A stretch of 63,994 nt of DNA, the filler included, from Streblomastix strix (taxonomy: Eukaryota), in assembly GCA_008636045.1 (NCBI GenBank). It is 4 parts of 4 records of this genome, joined end to end, with 100 filler letters (N's around TTAATTAATTAA, not from the genome) between each part and the next. Parts side by side here need not be neighbours in the genome. Positions count along the whole stretch, not along the records: positions 48,776 to 63,994 come from SNRW01001017.1; 3 more parts are not named here. One strand, 5' to 3'. Shown one piece after another: positions 53,235 to 63,994 of the stretch (positions are counted from its first letter, which is position 1; every line of letters begins with the position of its first letter). The position numbers were made by a program, and so were the translations under genes. The notes below the pieces were generated by a model. The model was not told where the DNA came from. It worked only from the letters and a program-made list of their open reading frames with translations, and did not search any database.

Positions 53235-56200
53235 TCATTAGACTTCATAATTATCTGAACTCAATTGTTAACCGTTAGTAAACAGGAATGGAACACTGCA
53301 TAAATTTTCAAGAACAACCATTTTATTATGAATTGATGTTAATCCAACTTTATTTATTTATATTTTTGACATTTATTTCTTTCTTTGACTAATCATAATA
53401 TTTTTAGTATAAATTTATTCACCATTTAATGATTATTTAAATGCTTTATCGTTTAATTAAACATTTTATTTTTAAAATATTCCATTTAAATAATAATTGT
53501 AATCCTTTTCACTTTCATTAGATTGGGAATTATAAATGTAACGTATTTTTGGAACTAAAGCGATGCATGCAGTTCCTTCTGCTTCATAACTGACTCCCAG
53601 CAGTTGTTTATATTAACAGACGAAAAAGGATTATTTTCATCGAAAAATTTTTAGTCATTAATTATATATTTAAACTTCTGCCTATATCCTTCATCTGCAT
53701 CAGGGTTCCCACTGATGGCCCATGTCATCGAATCAATATCACCACAAATATAGTGCATCTTCTTCATATCGAAAGCTTTGGCGATAGAATTAAAGATAAA
53801 ATTTATATACCAATATTTGCTATTATCTAACACGAAATACGCAGAATGTAGGCAGGTGTTGCAGTTGCAACTTTCAGCATTAAATTGCACAGCAAATAAA
53901 TCTTCTGTTAATTATTAGTCATTAACGAATGAACCTTTGAGATGAGATAATCACATCCTATCAGAGCTTAATAATTTTGTTTGTGAATATTTTTCTTAAT
54001 TCATTCCATCACTTCTATAACTAGAGTTCATAGCTAATTTATAAAATTATTATTTTCTATCATTTTTTCATTTATTGCTTCTATTCGTTGATTCATAAAT
54101 TCCTTATAAAATGAGTTCAATTTTTCATGCTTAGAAAACGTTTTAACTCATTAAATATCATCAATAATGAAATGAAAATCATCAATTAGATACCAAAAAT
54201 AATAATTATTGAACAACATGAACTATTCATGCATAGATGATAAATTTGTTGATTTTAGTTCAATTTTGTCGTGCTACATGTTGTTCTTTAGCCGTAGATT
54301 ATATACGTATAAACTTAATGATTTTTCATCAGTCATTATATCAAAATTTCATATTATTGAAAGAAAATTAATGAAATCATTAATGTATTATTCGTTGATG
54401 TGCCCTTTAATAATTGCAATAAATAGCGGCATTTATTCAACATAATTAAATCGATTTGGATTATAAATTAAATTTCTGGCTGTTTATTTTTCATTAATTT
54501 TATCTAATATTTGTACCGCCATGCATAAACGATTGCTTGTGTATTTAATGAACTTATGCGGCTCTGAGCTCATAACAAAAGTATATTAACAATTAAAATC
54601 TAGAGTTAAAAGATTAGTCATTGTGTATTGGGTGTTCCAACTTATGACCTTTCTATTAATATATTTTAATTAATTTATTTTAGTTTCACCTGTAACATTA
54701 TATCGATATATGACTTATAATAATCTCCATATGATTCCAGAACGTAAAAATCATGTAAATTTCTTCATCAGTAATTGTCATTAGAAGCGACTTCAAAGGA
54801 CTGAAATTTTTCAGATATATAATTATATGGGTTAAACTTTCATCTATATTTAACTTAAATTTAATACAGAATAAGCAGCTCAGTATGACATTATCTGCAA
54901 AATGGCCCCTATCGGAGTTAATACTGTCTAATGTTGGGGAAATTTTGTTTGTGAGTCGTGCTTTACATATATGACATCTTGTTGATAGAAATAATTTTCT
55001 GTAGAACGCACAATCTGATTCCTTGAAATTGTTGCTTGTGTCTCTATTTCTTTTTTTTACTTTATTTCAGATAATTTTAAACTTTAATGTTCCAATAATT
55101 TTAGGTAAGAACGAATAATGCATAATCATCTTTTGGCGTGAAATCTTAATCTAATTTTAAGTCGCTATAAGTAAGAGCATATTTGATAACATTAGCGCAT
55201 GCAGACATCGACATAAACCACATGTCAATTTTATAATTAAAGAACATATCAATTAAGTAATCAAATAGCTGAATCATTAAGCGAATATCGGATAGATTAA
55301 ATCCTTTAAGTTAATACCACCTTTTCGAATATTGCTATGCAATAGCCAAATAATTTTAATATTTCTCTTGACTTATATTTTTATTATTTGATTATGTTAT
55401 TAAACGCTTCAATCGGAAATGGCTCTGTTTTATCGAGCTATTAAACATAATTATCTAAGTTGATATATTCATATGGAAATTTTAACTTCGCTGGAATGCT
55501 TTACTTTGCTTAAGGTGTGAAATCTTTTATGAATTATTTTAATTTCATTTTCGTACAATAAATCATCGCATCGCTGAACCGCAATTTGATTCCAGATATG
55601 TCATGTTTAACAATTATTTATTTAGCTCTTGAACCGCTACCAAGATATTTAATTATTTTCCATTCATCGCTTTATAAATTTTTAAGAATAAAAGAAACAT
55701 CAAACTTTGAAGAATTGAAGCCAAAAACCGGTATCTCATAATGCTATCGTATCAACTTATCTCCATATTTGTTTCAATCAATAACTTTTCTGGTTTTCTT
55801 ATACAATAATTTTATCCATACATTAATAAAGTTAGGGGTTCGTTTGTCAAAATAAATAGAATGAATTTAATTAATGTTTTTATTTTTTATTTTTATTGTA
55901 CTTGCAATTGATAATGGTTCAAGTATTGAGATTTATTTTGAATTATCACCGAGTTTTTCATTGACGATTCTTTCAACAGTTTCAATATCATAAGTTATAT
56001 AATATTTAGTAGGTTTGAATTTATCCTATCGACCACGTGCCAGATGATACTTATAGCTAACATTATTCAATATATAAGGAACGTAAGGTATTGGAAATCT
56101 TTCCAATTGTACTTTTTTTACTATCTTTCCCCTATTTTTTTTAACAATTTTATATGTGTCTTTTTAGCTTAAATTATAAATTCGAATTTTTGTTCTTATA

Positions 56201-58184
56201 TAACTGCACATCACAGATAGGACAATATTTTAAACCAGTAAGTACCTCAACATCATAGATATAAAAAACGTGAACTGTTTGTGGCGCGTTGCTTGGGTTA
56301 ATAAGAAGAACATTAAATTCTTTTGTTTATCCGTTTTATTCATTTCTTCTATATTATTTCTATAAATAGTAACTGCCACTTACCGTTAAACCATTTGAGG
56401 TTGCCGTTGTCTCTTCATATGCGAACACATTAATATTTGAATTTTCATTCTAAATAAATTAATCCGCTTCTGTTGAAAAATTTAATCTTTAATAATTATC
56501 ATCAATTTTTTTCCCATAAATTCTTTAAAATAATCGCTTTGATTCTGCAATACGTGAATGTTCTTTATAACACTTAGCCTCCACAGCATCATCTGCCTTA
56601 ATATCTGGCATCGTAATAAATGAATATGCTGGGAAGAAACAAAAATTTTAATTTTTTTTCTCAAGGTCAATATGTCGAATCTCTCGCCTCATAATATGCT
56701 TCTTTAATGAAGATATTGTTCGACCACCTGCTCCTGCATGTGGTAGTCTGAATACTTAAATCATTATTGAAAATATACCAACTATTTTCTCTTTGGTGTC
56801 CATAATGGTTTTCTCTTGCATTTGAATAATATGGTTTCTAATGAATCTTTTATACTCAGCTAAATCTAAGTGAGTGCGTATAGTTATTGGTGCTCTCATC
56901 TCTGTTCTAGCTTCAAGGGGATGGTTAATTTTATACGTTATTTATTAATCGTTTTCTTAGCCATCGACCCGTATAATAACTCCTCCAAAATCAAATGCAA
57001 TTTTGAATGCGAATTTTAATTCTCGTTAATATACTTCATCTAAATAAGCTTCAACATATTCAATTATTTTCAAATCATTTTTATAATATTCTTTTGTTGG
57101 ACTGATGGTACAAATATAGAATAGATTATATTAAACTTGTTAATTTTATATACATTAACTTTCCCAATTAATTTTTCTTTCATATTCTTATTCGAGTTGT
57201 GGCTCACATATCATAATCGTACTCTGCAAGATATTAAGAGCATCAATTGGCCCAAAAAAAACTAGCCTTCATTTTCATCATTAAATTCTTTTATTTTATC
57301 TTTAACATTTTTGAATATATCTTCATTTTATTTTTTTTAATGTTTACATAAGGTTTATTTTTTAATTTCTTTTAATAAATTTGCATGTCTCATTCGTTAA
57401 TCTTCCATTACTTTTTCCCACTATTAATTGCGCTGTTTGCTCTATTCGTCTTAAACGTTCATATGCAATATGTTATTCTATTCTTACATAAATTATTTAA
57501 CGAAAGTATCACGAATAATTTCTTCATTTTGAAAGCTTTATTGAATGTCTTATCTGATTCGTTATGCGAACGGTCTTGTTTATAATATTGCGTTTCGAAC
57601 TATATCTCTGTTATTTCTACCCATTGCTAAACCAATTTTTCTAAAATTATTGAAAATTAAGTCCTTAATTCATTAATATTTATTTTCTGTTATATTTATG
57701 GGTCATATAAAGTCATGAAGTCTCTTATAATTTCTGATATTAATTTTTTGTGCTTTAAATTCACTTGATAATCGAGACGTTGAAGTGTCTATTCCATTTG
57801 TTATTATGTTTATAATTCTGGTGATAGCTGTGGTGATAGTTAATAATTTCGTGCATGCATCTATCCAATATAATCTTACATTTACGTCAGTTATTACTGT
57901 TGTTGCACGATTTATAATTCTGGTGATAGCTAATAATTATGTGCTGACATCTATGTAATATATTTTTTCATTTATTTAAATTATTATTATTCTGTTAATA
58001 GTTCAGATATTGGCTAATAATAACGTACTTAAGCTAATCCAATATATTCTTACATTTAAGTCACTTATTATTATGTTTATCTGGGCGGTAAATTTAGTGG
58101 TAATAGCTTTGGTAGTTCATGAGTAGGAGGAACAACCGGAGGCGTGCGTCGTCTTTATGAGTCTTACCCCTTTTTATCTGCCAT
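53235..58184 (-). pseudogene. Protein-primed DNA polymerase B with N-terminal TP/vOTU region
   Basis: TYDIET, GFNSSKFD, LDFNC, AMNSSY and CGDIDS motifs; close homologue of 40790-45947. The 5' extension to ATG 58184 is inferred. Confidence 0.88.
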
Positions 58185-58398
58185 TTATTAAAGATAAAAA
58201 TAAAAAATAATTATATTAATAAATTGAATTGGGTTTGGTGGATTGAGCAGAAACATCAATGAATTCTATGAAATTTGCACGAGAAAATGGATTAGGTATT
58301 GAAAGACTTTTGGCTGCACCGAGTACATCGAGTCAGAAACTTTCATTAAAAACAACTGCCAGTCTGTCATTTTGTCAACAAAAATAAATCAACGATTG

Positions 58399-59496
58399 AA
58401 ATCATTGGAGTATATATTTAGCTAAATCGAAACGACCAATATTTTGTTATCTCTAATACAGACGTTAGCGACAATGTTATATTGCTTATCCAAGATATTG
58501 AGCAACAGCAGCTTTTGTTTATTCATTTATATATAACTAACTATTTACGGCAGGTAGTTCTTTCTTATTTACTCTTTTAGCAATTGACAAATATTCGTAA
58601 TCTCCTAATTTTACTTTTGTATGATTATTTCTGTTATATAGGTCTATTTTTCAGTCTTACTCTTCTAATATTTAACAGAGGGATTAATAAATACAGAATT
58701 TCAAACAGATGCCATTACTTGTTGTTTCGTTGCCATTGACAATTATTTGCTTCCATTGTCATCTATAAATTTTTTTGCTTCGATTGTATATGCTCTGAAA
58801 CTGCGTTCCGATATTTCTATTACTTTATGGGATTTGTTCATTGATAGCCATTTCATGTAAGAACTACCTTTTTTTTTCCAAATGTTTTTAATTTGGCTGC
58901 CAATGCCGTTCGTTCTAAATAATTAACATCTGTATAATATTTATTCTTCCAATTTCTTTTATGTTAATACTCAGGGTCGCCAAATCCTTCAGCTGTTGTA
59001 TAACCAACGACTGAATAAATTGCGTTCTTTTTCTTATCAGACACAACAACATTATCCGGTGTTACACTATTGCTATCAAAATATTATTCACGTACATCAA
59101 ATCGATTACCTAAATATTTATCTTTAGTAGATTATTGGGCACTAACTGCGGATGATAATTTGTAAATTTTCTTAATATCTCTGTTTAAATTGCCAACGAG
59201 TGTAGCAAGAACATCTTCCGCTTCTTCTCTCATATACGGGCCGCATGCTTTCTTATTCTTTGAATAATTGATGGATGGAATTGAAGCCTTCCAAACGTGT
59301 TTGCTCATGCTTTTATTCTTTCCTATTTGGCAGATGCAGATTCATAATAATCGTAATCATCACCTTCTTCATTAATTTCCATCAAACGTTCTTATCCACC
59401 TGGACCTTAGCATTTTTCTGATTCAAATTCACTTCTTGCATATGCTTCTTCTTAATCAACTATTTATTGTATTTATTATTCTGTTAATGATGACAT
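58399..59496 (-). pseudogene. Hypothetical viral protein (uninterrupted copy of the split gene in contig 3)
   Basis: MSSLTEQQIQQIVDQEEAYARSEFE...EDVLATLVGNLNRDIKKIYKLS...FDLAKYILQ*. Confidence 0.55.
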
Positions 59497-59537
59497 TTTA
59501 TTTCTTATTGATAAAAAAAGTGTTTTATTATATAAAA

Positions 59538-60323
59538 ATGGCGAGTTAATCATAAAAAGTAGATAAAATGTTAAAGGAAATAAAAGTGAATATACAAGAA
59601 GTTTAAACAATTATTCATAAAGAATTAAATTTAGCATACAACTCTGTAAATTTATTGATAGGTTTGCGTGGTAGTTGTAAGACATACAACGTCTTTAAAG
59701 AGTTAATTAAATTACGCCAATTAAAAAAACATTGTTATACACTATTCATATATGTCATTGACTCAAATTATGATGCTACTTATAAAAAATGAAAGATTCA
59801 ACTAAAATTCCAACTAAAATTGTTCCATAAGCCGATGCAGATTGTGCTGAATGTTTTGATAAAATGTAAATAAGCGTATGATGAAATATAAGAAAAATAG
59901 TTATAATAAGAATTAACGGAAGAATCAAAATATATCACATTAACCCATGTGTTTGGACTTAGTGGAGAATGTAATTTTATCATTAAATTTCTTCATAATA
60001 TTGTTTTATTTGATATCGTAATGAGTATATTTAAAAATAATAAAAATCCAATGCTTAAGAAGCTGTTTAACAACAGATAGCCCAGAATAACATACATCTT
60101 TTATTTATAAGACATCATTGATTTAGAAGCTATTTCTAAATCGAATCTTGATTCATTACGGTTCCTCGGTTCATTTAATAGATAAAAATTTAATAAATTT
60201 TTCAATTAATCCTCTATTCCATCAGACAAAGAAACAATATGGTATGAGTATGTACGACTAATTAATTAATAAGCATTAGTGGTATAATACGAAATGAATG
60301 GAACTGTTGTTAAAATTATCTGA
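59538..60323 (+). pseudogene. Packaging ATPase (family B)
   Basis: NLLIGLRGSCKT (Walker A, GxRGSGKT-like), HNIVLFD, NRQPRITYIFYLQD; frameshifted. Confidence 0.8.
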
Positions 60324-60779
60324 AATCAATTAACAATCTGGCTGAATGGCATGCTTGCAGCAGTTTTTGATGATAGTTTCTGACTCGATACACTCGTTGC
60401 ACCAGGTGCAGTCAAAAGTTATTCATTTCAGCGCTTAAACTAAATGACTCAGAACATCCATAAACTAGTCTAATTTATATTCAATCCCATTTAATTAATC
60501 TTTACCACATGTTGTTATACATACTTGACCATCCGTTTTTGATAATTTATAGTCTTCCAATTAATATAATTTATTAAACTTTTACGTTGTAAGTTTAGAT
60601 AATTATTATTAATTTTAGGAAATAAATTATTTGAAATCGTTTAAGAACTCAAAATATTTAGCTCTGTTAGTCTATCCTTCGACCCTCTCCTCTAATGATA
60701 TTTCTTCTTATTCATCCGTTTCTATTTATAATTTATATGAAAGTTTATTGATTTTTTTTATTGTCAAATAATATTCTTT

Positions 60780-61659
60780 CCGTTAAATTTCTGAAAAAAA
60801 TAAACTAAATTGCTGTTCACTTATCTTCTACCTTGTGCGTTATAAAATTAATGAGTTCATCTATTAATTCAGGTTTAAAGATGTTTCTGCACTTATGAAA
60901 CTTTATTTAATCTCCAAACATTTCATATAATTAATCTAATATTTCATAATTTTTTGACATACTTATTTAGGTATTTTTCATAGAATAATAGACTATCCTT
61001 CAACTGTTTCATTAATTTTTTTACTCGTACAATATTTATTTCTACGTCTAATATTTAGGACTGCATTGCCGTTCTCATCATCATCTTCTACTCGAATAGC
61101 GAATACATAATCTGTTTAAAATTGTTCTGGAACTGCACGTGTTTACAATTATTTTATTTTATTATCTTTTTAATTTATTATTACTTTTTATTCTCCAATT
61201 ATTATTTAAACCTTTTCTTCTGCAAAATCAGCAATGGAAGTCTAATCGTCTTGTGATTAGAATTCGACTTATATACGTTCATTAATTACATCCTTTATTT
61301 CACCAATAATTGATGCCTACTTTGGAGACGCCAAGATAGAAAAATAATTAATTAATTTAGGATGAACATAATATCCTCTGAATTCAATAAAATATGAATA
61401 TTTTTATTCTATAAAACTCTACCTCCATTTTTCTGGAAGTAGAATATTTTTATTGCATTTGAATAAAATATTTATAATTCTATTCCCAATTCTCTGATTT
61501 GAATAATGATTCTAATCTACTTCTATCTTTCATCTTTAAAGATACAGCCATTTTAGAAGCGTTAATATATTCATCTGATTTTTAAGCAATTATTTCAATC
61601 CAATTATAAGATGTTTTAATAAATTTTTCTTTGCTGTCTATGTTTACCGATGACGCCAT
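60780..61659 (-). pseudogene. KilA-N domain protein
   Basis: IEIIAQKSDEYINASKMA...FRGYYVHPKLINYF, which are KilA-N hallmarks. Confidence 0.8.
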
Positions 61660-62403
61660 TTTATATACTGATAAAAAGTTGAAATTTTATAAAAATAAAA
61701 CGATTAATTTTCATTTGCAGTTTTTCAGCTGACCACTGATTTGAACATTAATGGGTATTCCTTTTAAAGGGCTGGCCTAAAAGCACGAGTATTTTTATCT
61801 TAATTTTCATTGGCACAGATTGAGCCGATCCCTGATTTGAACAAAAATATAAACGTCAATCTGCTAGGACGTTTTTGTCCCAGTAACTTCTTCAGTACTG
61901 CAGCTTCAATTCAAGAACAATTTTTAGCTATTATTAATTTTTATCTAATAACTCTTAGTTTTAACCGAACCATACGTATAAATATTTGATGTGGTTGTAT
62001 TGGATGAAAAGAAAATAAACAAGTTATTCATTACAATAGCTAGCAAACAAATCGAAATATTATTCTTCTTGAACCATTGAACTATAAACAGAAATGTCCT
62101 CGTTAGTGCCTTAATTTGAACAATGACATTATCAGAATATTATTTTTCTATAATTATCTGAATTTACAAACGCATAAGGTAATGCAAAACCAATTTCATT
62201 CTAATCGTTCTAAACGATAATAATTCTATCATTTTATATTAAAATGCAATATGTTAAATTTTATACTGAAGTTATATTCAAAGCAATTTATTATGAAATA
62301 AATAAAAAATAATTAATATAACTAATGATTTATTTAGTTAACTGTATTAATGTTTTGGAGTTATATATATATAAAATAAAAAAATAAAAAATGATCAATT
62401 ATT

Positions 62404-63500
62404 TCATGCACTAAGTGGCCCAATAACTTCTTCAAATGAATGGTTTATATCGTATATACAGCTTACGCCTGCCGCTGGTGAGAATAACCAAAATGTATCA
62501 TGTACTGTGCATAAAATAGGAGGTGGTGGTCTCTTTCCACTAGTATCTACATTATAGTATGAATCTGTTGCTCCTTGATATATAGATGCTTCTCTGAGTT
62601 CGACAGAAGTGTTTTAGTTCTGAATACCTAGTCCATCGAAAGTTAATGCTCCATTACTGTTGCATTCACATTAAAGAATTATCAAAAAGCTTGTGAAATC
62701 TGTGTGAGGATTAAGTCTTCGAGTAGTTGTATTTATTGGCAGTTTTAAAGCATCTTCAAATTATTCAGTGATTTCAAATAAAAGGTCTAAATAGCTCTTG
62801 TTCAATTGTAGTTAGAAGAATTATTAGTCAAACGTATTCAATGGTATATCTTGAAAGTTGCGACCACAGGTAGTAACTTGCATGTACTAGTTGCAAGGAT
62901 TTTCAAAGCAAATCGTAGCTCTAGCATCTTTCGGAAATAGAAGACAGAAATCAATTACACGAGAAAGAAGAATATTTTAAGATTTCCGTATTCCCGATAG
63001 TGTAGCAGATGTTGGAAATAGCCATACTTCCACACGTTGAGCGGGAACAACAAATGGACGTTAGCTGTAGATTTATCGGACTCGATTAAGGCAGGCATGC
63101 ATCGGTAGCTTTATAACCTGCTATTTTAGCCGTTACCTCTGTTATGACATAATTTTTTTATGCACATGGTAATATGTTTGGTGTCGCATACAAAGTTCTT
63201 CAATATTGATTCAGTTAGTGGTTCAGCATGTAGTCCCATTATCAAATCAGCTGTGCATCCAAGTTATGTAAATTATTGAGTATATTAGAATGTTAAACTC
63301 CAATTTATGAACATCAAATCAATATCCATTAACTTCTATTGACTAACACCAATAACTTATCTTTATTCATTGTATAATATTTAGCCATTGAAACAATTGG
63401 ATTTACTTGACAGAAAACTAATATATGTGGATTAATTTTGAATTTTATTTTTAAATTACCAAATATGCAATTAGTTTAGTTCAAATGGTTGCATACTTTT
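62404..63500 (-). pseudogene. Putative major capsid protein, C-terminal two-thirds
   Basis: Long beta-rich reading frame ...RPFVVPAQRVEVWLFPTSAT...FCLLFPKD...CFENP...GKRPPPPILCTVHDTFWLFSP...EEVIGPLSA*. Double jelly-roll identity is inferred, not verified. Confidence 0.5.
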
Positions 63501-63776
63501 TGTCTTTAGGCGTTCTATCAAGTATAAAAGAAAATTTTGATAATTGTTCAAAATTAATTAATAGAAGAAAATATAAATAATTTAAAATATTTCAAGTCAA
63601 ATAGTGGCGACTATTTTTCAAAAAAAATTTAATATTAAAAAAAAATTTATTGATTGTTTTAATTTTTCAATATTTTTAAATTTAAATTTAAATTGAAAAA
63701 ATTTGATAAAATTAGTAAAAAATTATTTATAAATATTTTATAAATTTCATTAAAGCAAAGTTATCACATACATATA

Positions 63777-63994
63777 CAGGGTGTTTCATAAGTCCTCATT
63801 AAAAAAATCGAAAAAATAAAAATTAGATCTTTTAACATTATTAATATATTTTTTTATTTTCATTACACATTTCCACCCTCGAGGTCAACACAAGTTTACA
63901 TCCTAGTAAATGCAGCTCGACAAACGTTTTTGCACGTGGCTTCTGATATGCTTTTTATGGCTCCTGAAATAGCGTGCCTTAACTCGAAAATATT
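63777..63994 (-). mobile_element. Tc1/mariner transposon 3' end (continues beyond window)
   Basis: TA|CAGGGTGTTTCATAAGTC TIR. Transposase C-terminus at 63860-63994 reads NIFELRHAISGAIKSISEATCKNVCRAAFTRMQTCVDLEGGNVQ*. Confidence 0.85.

Larger units (their letters stand above)
51255..61750 (-). mobile_element. Second copy of the family B Polinton-like element, inverted relative to contig 3
   Basis: Same gene order (KilA-N, ORF, ATPase, ORF, pPolB, ORF, integrase, basic protein) and clear nucleotide similarity. Confidence 0.88.

Noticed and set aside
219..59983. Short ORFs in the supplied six-frame track
   Set aside because: Computed with TAA/TAG as stops. Most are fragments, shifted frames or antisense shadows of longer code-6 genes.

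Overview
AT-rich eukaryotic DNA from a protist that reads TAA/TAG as Gln (code 6). Long ORFs open only under that code, and conserved Gln residues, such as the pogo QPLD motif, are encoded by TAA. The supplied standard-code ORF track is therefore mostly fragments. Code and element content suggest an oxymonad such as Streblomastix (inference). The window is four unlinked contigs joined by artificial N-TTAATTAATTAA-N linkers: 1-16166, 16267-32421, 32522-48675 and 48776-63994. Contig 1 holds a giant DDB1/CPSF160/SF3B3-family host gene with two in-frame TGA codons. It also holds a TIR-bounded pogo/Fot1-like DD35D transposon whose transposase is fused in frame to an intron-split OTU cysteine protease (the standout finding), and a ~1 kb-arm foldback repeat. 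Contigs 2-4 are decaying Polinton/Maverick-like endogenous viruses of at least two families. Their genes include protein-primed PolB with vOTU and HNH modules, integrases with an unusual D-D35-D triad, packaging ATPase, KilA-N, putative capsid, fibre and pVI-like proteins. Contig 3 is one element bounded by ~750 bp TIRs and carries nested insertions. MITEs and a mariner end also occur. All translations were done by eye, and boundaries of decayed genes are approximate.
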